The translations under genes were made by a program, and so were the position numbers. Positions 1-8,966 of a DNA stretch of 50,271 nucleotides are shown here, piece after piece. Position 1 is the stretch's first letter; the number at the start of each line of letters is the position of its first letter. The notes beneath the pieces are model-generated. The model searched no databases. It was not told where the DNA came from and saw only the letters and a program-made list of their open reading frames with translations. Origin of the DNA: Planctomycetota bacterium (GTDB lineage Bacteria > Planctomycetota > UBA8108 > UBA1146); assembly GCA_036338595.1 (NCBI GenBank), contig JAYZBV010000034.1, positions 1 to 50,271 of the forward strand, written 5' to 3'.

Positions 1-780
1 ATCGATGTAGACGTTGTCTCCGAGCATCAGGAAAGCAACTGGACGGGATTCGAGCACCGTGTCCCACATGTACTCCCACTTCGGTACAAACCCCGCTCCG
101 CCGCCAAAGCCGACCCGAAAACTGGCAGCGGTTCCCTGCTGCGGAAAGGTCTGGAACTGGCCGTTCTCGACCGGTACCTGCATGCCGTCGACCTCAATTT
201 CATAGCGATAGGAGTGATCTGCTTCCAGGCCGGTCAGCCGTGCCACGGCGGTAAAGTCAGTGTGCTCAGTGGCAGCCACCTGTTCGGACGTGCTGATGAG
301 CTTCCCGCTGCCGGCATCCAGGACCCGGACCTGGACGGATCCCTTTTTCGCTGTCCGCAGCCAGAGCGAGGCGGAGTCACTGCTGATCGCGCCGAGCATC
401 GGGCCGTGCAGCAGCTGGAGCGAGTCGTTCTGCCGCGCCCACTGGCGATATTGATCGGTAGCGTATAGCGGGGCCAGCCGGTCGCGGGGTCCGGCCACCA
501 GGCGTCCGAAGGGGAGCCCGGCATCGAGTGCAGCACGCGCGTGCACTACGGCCTGGTCGGTTTTCTTTGCTTCCAGGGCCGCCAGCATGCGGACGAAGTG
601 TGTTTCGGAGCTGGCCGCTTCTGCCTTTTCCAGTTCCGCCAATGCCTTGTCGACGTCTCCGCTGGCGATATGCCGCACGGCATTCCGCTCACGGTCATGC
701 TGGGCCGGGAGCGAGGAAGTGCAGAGCAGGACCAGTAGAAGGGCCAGTAGAAGGGTCCTTGCGGATCGCAACAGAATCAT
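1..780 (-). CDS. phoD: Alkaline phosphatase D (PhoD) family protein, 3' end outside the window
   Basis: Not in the ORF track because it runs off the edge. Manual translation from ATG 780 is open to base 1: MILLRSARTLLLALLLVLLC...LLHGPMLGAISSDSASLWLRT...RLTGLEADHSYRYEI...FQTFP...FRVGFGGG...FLMLGDNVYID. HGPMLG..W.RT, L.GL....Y.Y and LGDNVY.D are PhoD signatures. Confidence 0.85.
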   Translation of the reverse strand, partial: MILLRSARTLLLALLLVLLCTSSLPAQHDRERNAVRHIASGDVDKALAELEKAEAASSETHFVRMLAALEAKKTDQAVVHARAALDAGLPFGRLVAGPRDRLAPLYATDQYRQWARQNDSLQLLHGPMLGAISSDSASLWLRTAKKGSVQVRVLDAGSGKLISTSEQVAATEHTDFTAVARLTGLEADHSYRYEIEVDGMQVPVENGQFQTFPQQGTAASFRVGFGGGAGFVPKWEYMWDTVLESRPVAFLMLGDNVYID

Positions 781-938
781 GGCTGTTTCAGGGTAAGAGA
801 AGCGGGTCGTGAACCGGCATGCCAGAATCGCCAGTAGCTGGGGCCTCGCCGCTCGACCTTTCGGCACTGGCCGTTGGGGGTCTCGATCATCACCCATCCG
901 CCCGGCTTGAGTACCCGATACCAAACATTCCGAAGCGC

Positions 939-1787
939 TTAGCGGGGCACAAAAATCTTTCTGCCGATGGGAAGCGCGTTTGGATCGAGACCGTCATTCA
1001 ATTTCATGATCTCCATCCAGCGTCCCCCGTTACCCAGTTCATCTTGAGCGATGTCATAGAGGGTGTCCCCATCGCGAATCTGGTAGAGACGAACTCCTTC
1101 ACGAGCAGAGACGGTCGGTCTGGTGGCGGTCACTGCCCCGACCGTCGGGGAGCGATCTCTGCCGGGGATCGTCAGCATCCGTCCCGGCTGCAGAGTCGTG
1201 TCCTCCGTGAGACCCGGATTGACCTTGAGCAACTCGGGCCAGTGTTTGCCGCCGCCGAGTTCTCTGCTGGCGATCGCCCACAGGCTATCGCCTTGCTGCA
1301 CCACGATCTGGGTCGTCACGGGCACCACGGGCTTCGTCGCTGGAGTGACTCTGGATGCAGTAGCCCGGTCGGGACCTTGCCGATTCACAACAACAGGGTC
1401 GATACCCTGATCATCGCGGATGACACCGGCTGCAGGAGTCAGGCCGACCTGATCTGTCCTTGCCAGTGCAGGCTTCACAGCAACAGTGTCGACCAGGGGC
1501 GCATCGATGGGCCCTTCCACTGCTGGTTGAGAAACTGCGGTGGTCTTCGAGTCGACTGCAGGCTGACCTTGTGCAGCACGCTCCACGGCATTCCGTTGAC
1601 CGGAGGTACCCACTACTGCCCCGGACTGGTTCGTTCCCTGGAGAGATGCAGTGGCCTCAGGAACGGTGCCGGTCACCTGCTGCTCTGCAGTGGGCCCGCG
1701 TTGAACTTCACTGTTGAGTAGATTTGCAATGACGACGACAACCATCACCAAGATGAGAATGATGCCGATCTTTGTACCCGTACCCAT
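939..1787 (-). CDS. Membrane-anchored protein with two LysM domains
   Basis: N-terminal TM segment (KIGIILILVMVVVVIA), Ala/Pro/Thr-rich linker, two LysM repeats (VVQQGDSLWAIA...LTIP and YQIRDGDTLYDIA...IFVP). Start moved to ATG 1787, which follows GGGGGA. Confidence 0.85.
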   Translation of the reverse strand: MGTGTKIGIILILVMVVVVIANLLNSEVQRGPTAEQQVTGTVPEATASLQGTNQSGAVVGTSGQRNAVERAAQGQPAVDSKTTAVSQPAVEGPIDAPLVDTVAVKPALARTDQVGLTPAAGVIRDDQGIDPVVVNRQGPDRATASRVTPATKPVVPVTTQIVVQQGDSLWAIASRELGGGKHWPELLKVNPGLTEDTTLQPGRMLTIPGRDRSPTVGAVTATRPTVSAREGVRLYQIRDGDTLYDIAQDELGNGGRWMEIMKLNDGLDPNALPIGRKIFVPR

Positions 1788-1967
1788 GGAGTCCCCCATT
1801 CCCTCGCGAGGCCGATGGCACTCGCTTCCCCGAGGTGGGTTCGCATTGTAGGCGAGGGGCTTCCCTCGCAACTGATCGCCAGCAAGATACCCGGTGGACG
1901 CACTCGTATCCAGCAGCACCCCGGCTTCGTGTCAGATCTCCAGCGATACTGCTCCTGGAGATGGCAA

Positions 1968-2002
1968 CAGGGCGAGTCGATTCCGGGAACCGACTCGCCC
2001 TG
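1968..2002 (-). terminator. Strong GC-rich hairpin downstream of secDF, probable terminator or mRNA-stabilising stem
   Basis: Perfect 12-bp inverted repeat CAGGGCGAGTCG / CGACTCGCCCTG, 26 nt after the secDF stop. The U-tail is weak. Confidence 0.55.
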
Positions 2003-2028
2003 CTGCATTCCAAATCCCTCGAACTGTC

Positions 2029-4758
2029 TCACTTCTTCATCGAGGCCTCGGCGATCACCGCCTCACGGCGCATTCGAGCCTTCTCCTGCAAGTGAATCAG
2101 CGCCGGGCTCGCAACAAAGATGGAGGAATAGGTACCAACCATGACTCCGATGCAGAGCGCAAAGGCAAAGGCGTGAAGTCCTTCGCCGCCGTATACAAGC
2201 AAGATCAACACGACCAGGAAAGTGGTCAGAGAGGTGAGAAGCGTGCGACTCAGCGTCTGATTGACCGATTTATTTACAACTTCAATGTAGTTAACATCTC
2301 TTCGGGTATCGACCAGATTCTCTCGAATCCTGTCAAAGATCACGATGGTGTCGTTGAGCGAATATCCCACCACCGTCAGAAGCGCCGCCACCACCGGCAG
2401 GTTGATCTTCAGACTCAGGAAGTCGCCGAGCAGGAAGTCCCCCACCGCCATCGCTCCGAGCGTGAACAGGATGTCGTGAACCAGCGCCACGATCGCAGCC
2501 AGGCCGAAGCGGAGTTCAAATCGCAGACTGATGTAGAAGATGATGGCCAGGAAACTGATCATCAGGGCCACGAAGGTCTTTCCCTGCATGTCCTGGGCGA
2601 CCTTTCCCCCGATGCTGCTGAACTCGGGGAAGGGTTCCGAGAAGCTGATATTCTTGAACGACTTCAAGTTTTTCGTCAGATCACTCATCAGTGCCAGTGC
2701 CGCCGTGCTATCGGCCTGCGCCTCGCTCGTGATCTCGAAGGAAACCACCTCAGCGTCCTGGTAGTCTGCGACCGATTCGGTCACCGAGGCGATCGGGAAC
2801 CCGCTCTCGAGAATCGCATCCTCGATCATGCTTGCGGTCACACCCACTTCCAGGGAGTCGCCGACGACTCGAAGGGCGTTCAACCGTGCCTTGAAAAGAT
2901 GCGTGTCTGCAGCGCCATCGACACCAGCGACCGCCTCGACTCGAACATCTTCGATGGCGTTGGGGGCCAGCAGGCCTTCTTCCGTTAGCAACGTTTCGAT
3001 GGCTGCCTTGAATGCTTCCGTCTCGTCACTGTTTGCCCCCAGGGTCTTCGTTTTCAACGAATACCTCCGGGCTTCCTCGACACCCTGCGCCCCGAGAGCT
3101 TGCAACTGCAAGTCCTCGAATTTGACACTGTCATCGGCTGAACTCAACCCAGCAAGAGTGTTCCGTAGTTGCGCCTCGGATACGGGGCGAGTGAGGTTGA
3201 CAGACAGTTTGGTCCCGCCCGTGAAGTCGATTCCCATCGCCTGAGGTCCTCGCCAGATGAGGAAAACCACCCCGGCGACAACGAGTACGATCGAGAGAAT
3301 TCGAGTAGGACCACGCATCGACATGAACTGGATGTTGGTCTTCGAGACCAACCTGACCATCTTCAGTTCCTTGACGATCCCCGAGTTGATCAGGGACGAG
3401 AGCAGAAGACGGCTGACAAAGATGGAGCAGAAGAAGGAGGTGAAAATCCCGATCGAGAGGACAATAGCAAACCCCTTGACCGCTCCGGTACCGAACTGGA
3501 ACAACACGAATGCGGTGATCAAGGTGGTCAGGTTCGCGTCAAAGATGGTCCAGAAGGCACGCTGGAAACCGGCTTTGAATGCCGCTGGAAGTTCCTTGCC
3601 ACGATCCCTCTCCTCGCGAATCCGCTCGAAGATGAGGATGTTGGCATCCACCGCCATACCCACCGTCAGCAGCAGCCCCGCCATTCCAGGAAAGGTGAGA
3701 GTGTTGCGGAAGACCACCAGGAGCGTCAGGACCAGCATCAAGTTGAACAGCAACGACAGGTTCGCCACCAGGCCCGCTGCGCGGTAATACAGGACCATGA
3801 ACACGATCACGAGCAAGAAACCGATGACCATCGCCTGGGTTCCTCGGTCGATGGATTCCTTACCGAGGACCGATCCCACCGTCTGCTGACTGATGGGGAC
3901 AGGTCTCGTCGGCAACGACCCCGCCCTCAGCAAGGTGACGATGTCGTCGACTTCCTTCTGCGTAAAGGTTCCGGAGATGATCCCTGCGCCGAAGATCGCA
4001 TCGTTGATCGTTGCCACACTCACGGCCACGCCATCGAGCACGATCGCGAGACTTCGACCGATGTTTTCCCCGGTCAAATTTCCAAACAAGGTGCTCCCGG
4101 CACCTCCAAAGGTGAATCCAACGGCGGGGCCACCGGTCTGGTCGAAAGTGCTTCCCGCTTGCTGGATGAAGGACCCGGAGACCTTCATGGCGGGGCCATT
4201 TTCAACCACAACTGGAGCACCTCGAAGCCCATCGGGACCGGTACGGCCGTAGGTGACGATTCGATCGAGTTCTGGAGGAAGATTCTCCTCCGTCTGCTGT
4301 TCTGCGGGCAGCGCGTTGTAGGCGAGAATCGCCTGATCGCGACGGGACATCGCCTGCTCGATCTCGACGATGACATCCTGTCCGGAGTACTCTGCAGCAC
4401 TCGCGAGGTGGATGTTCAGCTGTCCAGCCTGCTCGATCTGTTTCTTGATTCGTTTGAGTTCCTCGTTGTCGAAGCCAGGCAATTGAATCTGCAGGCGGTT
4501 CGATCCAGCGATGGCAACGCTGATCTCCTTGAGGCCGTAACTGTCGAAACGACGGGCGATCACATCCTTCACATCAGAAGCGACGCTGGATCGCTGAGAT
4601 GCCGGAACATTTTCGAGCGGGATCTCGTACAGGAGTTCAGTGCCTCCTGCGAGGTCAATGCCCTTCTTGATGCCATTCTGGTAATCCTGAAGCGAATACA
4701 CACAGCCCGCGATGAGTAGGATCAGCAGAATGAATCCGCGGATGTTCTTATCGATCAT
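2029..4758 (-). CDS. secDF: Fused protein translocase subunit SecDF
   Basis: SecD motifs GIDLAGG, AIVLDG, GMAVDANILIFERIRE and DANLTT; SecF motifs GIDFTGG and GYSLNDTIVIFDRIRE; lies downstream of yajC. Confidence 0.97.
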   Translation of the reverse strand: MIDKNIRGFILLILLIAGCVYSLQDYQNGIKKGIDLAGGTELLYEIPLENVPASQRSSVASDVKDVIARRFDSYGLKEISVAIAGSNRLQIQLPGFDNEELKRIKKQIEQAGQLNIHLASAAEYSGQDVIVEIEQAMSRRDQAILAYNALPAEQQTEENLPPELDRIVTYGRTGPDGLRGAPVVVENGPAMKVSGSFIQQAGSTFDQTGGPAVGFTFGGAGSTLFGNLTGENIGRSLAIVLDGVAVSVATINDAIFGAGIISGTFTQKEVDDIVTLLRAGSLPTRPVPISQQTVGSVLGKESIDRGTQAMVIGFLLVIVFMVLYYRAAGLVANLSLLFNLMLVLTLLVVFRNTLTFPGMAGLLLTVGMAVDANILIFERIREERDRGKELPAAFKAGFQRAFWTIFDANLTTLITAFVLFQFGTGAVKGFAIVLSIGIFTSFFCSIFVSRLLLSSLINSGIVKELKMVRLVSKTNIQFMSMRGPTRILSIVLVVAGVVFLIWRGPQAMGIDFTGGTKLSVNLTRPVSEAQLRNTLAGLSSADDSVKFEDLQLQALGAQGVEEARRYSLKTKTLGANSDETEAFKAAIETLLTEEGLLAPNAIEDVRVEAVAGVDGAADTHLFKARLNALRVVGDSLEVGVTASMIEDAILESGFPIASVTESVADYQDAEVVSFEITSEAQADSTAALALMSDLTKNLKSFKNISFSEPFPEFSSIGGKVAQDMQGKTFVALMISFLAIIFYISLRFELRFGLAAIVALVHDILFTLGAMAVGDFLLGDFLSLKINLPVVAALLTVVGYSLNDTIVIFDRIRENLVDTRRDVNYIEVVNKSVNQTLSRTLLTSLTTFLVVLILLVYGGEGLHAFAFALCIGVMVGTYSSIFVASPALIHLQEKARMRREAVIAEASMKK

Positions 4759-5186
4759 CGTGCAGTGTCCTCTTCCTTGATCTTGGGCGGGGTATCCTCA
4801 CTCGAGAGAACTGCGGCCACTGACTGGCGCGCTATCCGCATACGAACATTTTTTGATTCATCGATGGTCAATACGATCAGATCATGATCGGCATCCACCT
4901 GGGCCACCTTGCCGACGATCCCCCCGATGGTGCGAACATGATCGTGCTTCTCCAGCCCATCGAGCAATCGCTGGTGTTCCTTGGCCTGCTTGCGCTGGGG
5001 TCTAAAGAGCAGGAAGTATGCTACCGCACCCATCAGGGCGAACATCGGTAGCATTTCGAGGAAGCCAACCTGCTCCGGTACTTCTGCGGCAGTTGCGGCA
5101 GTTGCGGCAGGGTCCTGAACCAGCATCGCGAGTGAACTCAGCGAAGTGCCGAACCAGTTGTATCCGACGGCGACGACAGACGACAT
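4755..5186 (-). CDS. yajC: Preprotein translocase subunit YajC
   Basis: YFLLFRPQRKQ...L.K.D.V.TIGGI.G motif; ATGA overlap with secDF. Confidence 0.95.
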   Translation of the reverse strand: MSSVVAVGYNWFGTSLSSLAMLVQDPAATAATAAEVPEQVGFLEMLPMFALMGAVAYFLLFRPQRKQAKEHQRLLDGLEKHDHVRTIGGIVGKVAQVDADHDLIVLTIDESKNVRMRIARQSVAAVLSSEDTPPKIKEEDTAR

Positions 5187-5313
5187 CGGTCGTTCCTCTC
5201 CGGGGCCACGTGGCGGCCCGATTGATTCTGTTCAATGACTGACTCTCCCCGATGTACCCGCAAATTGCGAACCCAGGGGGAGTTGCGGATCTTAGTGGCA
5301 CCCCTGCGCGGAT

Positions 5314-6480
5314 TCAACCGGACCGGGCCTGGAATCGCTCCAGAAATGAGGTGCGAAATTGCTCCCAGGACCCTTCCAGGGTCGCCTGACGGGCTCTTTC
5401 GAGGAACCCGTGAAAGACCCTCAAGTTGTGCAGAGATCCGAGGGTGTAGGCCAGCAACTCCTTGCGAGTGTAGAGGTGATGCAGTGTCCCTCTGCTGAAG
5501 CGGAGGCAGGCTGGACAGTCGCAGCCGGGTTCAATCGGGGAGCGATCGCGCCTGTGTTTCGAATTTCGAAGGTTGAGCATCGAGCCGTCCGAGAGAAACA
5601 GCGTCGCATTGCGTGCATTTCTGGTGGGAATCACGCAGTCGAAGAGATCGATGCCGCTCTCGACGGCGACCAGGAACTCCTCCAGCCCTCCCACTCCCAT
5701 CAGATAGCGTGGCCTATCGATGGGCAGGTGCCTGGCTGCGACAGAAATCGTCTCCAGCATCACATCTCGCTGTTCTCCAACACTGACGCCGCCGACCGCA
5801 TAGCCGTCGAAGGGGAGCTCACGCAGTCGCTGCGCACCTTCTCGGCGCAGATCCTCTTCGACTCCACCTTGCAGGATCCCGAAGAGTGCCATCGGTTCGT
5901 GAAGCTGCAGACTGTGGCGATGCTCCACCGATCGAGACGCCCATCTTTCGGTCCGTTCGAGCGCCCTGGCCGCGATATCCCTGTCGACTCCTGCGGGAGG
6001 GCACTCGTCGAGCACCATCGCGATGGTGCTACCGAGTTGCGCCTGCACATCGAGGACCGTCTCGGGAGTCAGCGACAGCATGTCTCCATCGATGTGATTC
6101 CTGAACTCCACGCCCTGCTCATCGATGCGATTGAGATGGCCGAGGGAGAAGACCTGAAAGCCGCCGGAATCGGTCAGGATCGGGCCGTCCCAGCCCATCA
6201 TCTGATGCAACCCTCCCAGTTCTCGTACGATCTCGGCGCCGGGCCTCACTGCGAGGTGATAGGTATTGGAAAGAACGACCTGGGTACCCAGTGCTGTCAG
6301 TTGATCGGGGCTGACCCCCTTCACCGTGCCCTGGGTTCCCACGGGCATGAAAGCAGGAGTACGGATCTCGCCTCGCGGAGTCGAGAAGGTCGCCGCTCTC
6401 GGCCCGTCCTGTGAACCCGCCTCCAGCTGGAACGAGAATCCTGGATGCATCGGGTGCTGCGCTTCGATCGAATCGCTCAC
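5314..6480 (-). CDS. tgt: tRNA-guanine transglycosylase
   Basis: TPAFMPVGT, NTYHL, TDSGGFQV, LDEC, QGG, GGVSVGE, YLMGVG, FDCV.PTR and Zn site CDCPAC. Start placed at GTG 6480 (GTGA overlap with the upstream stop); ATG 6450 is the alternative. Confidence 0.96.
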   Translation of the reverse strand: MSDSIEAQHPMHPGFSFQLEAGSQDGPRAATFSTPRGEIRTPAFMPVGTQGTVKGVSPDQLTALGTQVVLSNTYHLAVRPGAEIVRELGGLHQMMGWDGPILTDSGGFQVFSLGHLNRIDEQGVEFRNHIDGDMLSLTPETVLDVQAQLGSTIAMVLDECPPAGVDRDIAARALERTERWASRSVEHRHSLQLHEPMALFGILQGGVEEDLRREGAQRLRELPFDGYAVGGVSVGEQRDVMLETISVAARHLPIDRPRYLMGVGGLEEFLVAVESGIDLFDCVIPTRNARNATLFLSDGSMLNLRNSKHRRDRSPIEPGCDCPACLRFSRGTLHHLYTRKELLAYTLGSLHNLRVFHGFLERARQATLEGSWEQFRTSFLERFQARSG

Positions 6481-7673
6481 CACAGCGTCCGGATCATTGC
6501 TCCGGGATAATAATGCTCGAGAATCCAGGTTCGATTGGCTCCGCGTCGCGCATATCCCTGGGCACCGACCTGGCACATACCGATGCCGTGCCCCCAGCCC
6601 CTACCCTCGAACAGGTACCCCTCGGATGTCGGCCTGACGGTGAAACTGGGAGAGCGGAGCCCTCGGATGCCGCTCTTTCGCAGCGCCGATCGTAAGCGTG
6701 TGGTGTCGACCTCGAAGGATCCATGGCCATGGTCGATGCGAAGGTAGGGAACATGTCCCGATGCAGTGGTCTCGATCGGCGTCACGGCCGAGATCCTGCC
6801 GATCCGAATCTCTGATCCTGCGCAAACCAGTTCGAGCGCCTGACGCAATTTCGTCTCCGGAACGGCCTGTCGCCAGCGAAAGAAGCGGCTGCCGACACAG
6901 CCATCGCACCTGACGCTGGGCATCGTGGCAATCCCGGCGATCCCGAAACCCTGCGCCGCCGAACAGGTCTGGCCTCCACAGGTGGAATGGTAAAAACTCT
7001 CGAAGATCCTGTCCTCTGCGAGCAAGTGAACACCTCGGGTACCCTCCACGGCATCCTTGACCGTCTGCGGTATCCGTGCGGTTCCTCCGTATGCCTGGCT
7101 TCTCGGGTCGCCCCTGAGGTGGTAGCCGCGACCGGGACCACGCGCCTGTATCTGAAAATTGGCGTAGGTCCTGGCAGCGATGGCCTGAGCTTCGAGTGCT
7201 GCCGGAGGAAAGCTACTGGCCGACATCTCACGCGAGACGACACCGAGCAGATACCGTTCCAGCGGGATCTGCTCGATCATCTGCCAGCCGCCAGCACCGG
7301 CTTCGGGAGTCCACTCGACCCAGCCCTCGTGATGGCGCTCACCGATTTGCATGTCGCCACTGACCGCTCGTATGCTGACACTCTCGGTGAAAACCTGATC
7401 GCCGACGCGAAGCGATCCCTTCGCTGCCACCACCTCCAGAGGCGAAGAAACCGTGGCGACATCGTCGCCCGTCCGCACCTGGAATCTTCCAGCATCGCAG
7501 CTGGCCCGGTGTTGATGGGTTCCCTGTTCGAGCAGGACTCGGATGATGGGGCTGCCCGCCGCCAGCGTCCGCTGATCCGGGGAGGTCGATGGCAGCACAC
7601 CCTTCGGTGTGCTCGCAGGGGAAACCGAAGCGATCAGCAGCATCCCGATCAGCAGCATCATCGAGGCCCTCAT
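6477..7673 (-). CDS. SpoIID/LytB-domain peptidoglycan lytic transglycosylase-like protein
   Basis: Signal peptide; LERYLLGVV..EM, ALEAQAIAARTYA, YHSTCGG, GRGWGHGIGMCQ.GA, IL.HYYPG. Confidence 0.93.
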   Translation of the reverse strand: MRASMMLLIGMLLIASVSPASTPKGVLPSTSPDQRTLAAGSPIIRVLLEQGTHQHRASCDAGRFQVRTGDDVATVSSPLEVVAAKGSLRVGDQVFTESVSIRAVSGDMQIGERHHEGWVEWTPEAGAGGWQMIEQIPLERYLLGVVSREMSASSFPPAALEAQAIAARTYANFQIQARGPGRGYHLRGDPRSQAYGGTARIPQTVKDAVEGTRGVHLLAEDRIFESFYHSTCGGQTCSAAQGFGIAGIATMPSVRCDGCVGSRFFRWRQAVPETKLRQALELVCAGSEIRIGRISAVTPIETTASGHVPYLRIDHGHGSFEVDTTRLRSALRKSGIRGLRSPSFTVRPTSEGYLFEGRGWGHGIGMCQVGAQGYARRGANRTWILEHYYPGAMIRTLW

Positions 7674-8731
7674 GAGGAGCCTTCGAGATCGAGGGATCCC
7701 TGATCTCCTGCTTCAGCCGGAGACTGCAGGTCATCGCGCAGGCGATGACCGAGCACCCTGCCGCGCGGCGTCTTGGCCAGGAATCCGGCACGGATCAGGT
7801 ACGGTTCGTGCACATCCTCGATGGTGCGTTCCTCCTCGCCGACCGTGACCGCGATCGTCTTGATGCCGACCGCTTGCCCATCGGCGCGAGCCACCGTACT
7901 CAGGATCCTTCGATCGAGAGCGTCGAGTCCGTCCGGATCGACTCCTAGCCTGTCGAGTCCCGCACTGGCCGCTGCCCCATCGATCACCTTGTGGCCCTGG
8001 ACCTGCACGAAATCGCGAACCCTGCGAAGGTATCGGTTGGCGATCCGGGGAGTCCCTCGGCAGCGGCAAGCGAGCGCAGCCGCTCCATCCTCGGTCAGGT
8101 CGAGACCGAAGATGCGTGCACTGCGCACCAACACCTCGACGATCTCATCATCTCGATAGGGTTCCAGTTTTTCCTGAATGCCAAATCGAGCACGAAAGGG
8201 TGCGGTCAGGTTGCCTTCTCGGGTGGTCGCCGCGATCAATGTGAAACGAGGTAGATGGATTCTCATCGATCGAGCGTTGGGGCCCGAGTCGATGATGATG
8301 TCGATCTGAAAATCCTCCATCGCCGTGTAGAGATATTCCTCGACGACGCGACTGATGCGATGGACCTCGTCGATGAAGAGGATGTCCCCTTCATCCAGTT
8401 CTGTCAGCAGACCGACCAGATCCTTCGCCTTGTCCAGGACCGGGCCACTGGTGGCTCGAAACCCCACCTCCATGTGGCCTGCGACCAGTCCAGCGAGGGT
8501 CGTCTTGCCCAGGCCTGGCATTCCCGACAACAGCACATGGTCGAGGGGCTCGCCCCGTTCCTTCGCTGCGCCGAGAAAAACTCGCATATTTCCGACCACC
8601 GCTTGCTGGCCGATGAACTCGCTCAATTGGCTCGGCCGGATCTGCTCGTCGGTGAGCCGATCCTCGGACCCGACCGCTGCGGGCGCAGTTTCCCGCACCC
8701 TGGGCGCATCATCACTCTCACTTGCGGACAT
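7670..8731 (-). CDS. ruvB: Holliday junction branch migration helicase RuvB
   Basis: RP..L.EFIGQ, Walker A GMPGLGKTTLA, LFIDEVHR, AMEDF, GTPRIANR.LRRVRD, EPYL...G...TPRGR. Confidence 0.98.
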   Translation of the reverse strand: MSASESDDAPRVRETAPAAVGSEDRLTDEQIRPSQLSEFIGQQAVVGNMRVFLGAAKERGEPLDHVLLSGMPGLGKTTLAGLVAGHMEVGFRATSGPVLDKAKDLVGLLTELDEGDILFIDEVHRISRVVEEYLYTAMEDFQIDIIIDSGPNARSMRIHLPRFTLIAATTREGNLTAPFRARFGIQEKLEPYRDDEIVEVLVRSARIFGLDLTEDGAAALACRCRGTPRIANRYLRRVRDFVQVQGHKVIDGAAASAGLDRLGVDPDGLDALDRRILSTVARADGQAVGIKTIAVTVGEEERTIEDVHEPYLIRAGFLAKTPRGRVLGHRLRDDLQSPAEAGDQGSLDLEGSS

Positions 8732-8878
8732 ATTCGGCTAGCCTCCCTCGCAGACGGCGATGACCAGAGGATAGTCGGCAGGTGCCACCTCGACCAGCCC
8801 CGGTACCGCAGCCGGGGGCACCCTTGACCGGGGTTCATTCACTGGCGAGCATTTGAGTCAGCGAATCGATCGCGACCC

Positions 8879-8914
8879 ACAGTGCCATCGACAGTGCCAT
8901 CGACAGTGCCATCG
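8879..8914. repeat. Perfect 12-bp tandem repeat, 3 copies (ACAGTGCCATCG)
   Basis: Read directly at 8879-8890, 8891-8902 and 8903-8914, between the divergent ruvB and MFS genes. Confidence 0.95.
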
Positions 8915-8966
8915 CTCGAGTCGATGGACTACGAAGTTTCACAGCAGCAGGGAAGAGGAGAGCCCG

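Noticed and set aside
1845..1871. Possible sigma70 promoter TTGCGA...TACAAT (minus strand) for the LysM gene
   Set aside because: The spacer is only 15 nt, too weak to call without TSS data.
819..4719. Long + strand ORFs 819..1721, 1894..2988 and 3169..4719
   Set aside because: Antisense shadows of the LysM and secDF genes, common in GC-rich DNA; no recognisable motifs.
8879..8914. The tandem repeat as a mini-CRISPR
   Set aside because: 12-bp units with no spacers and no cas genes.
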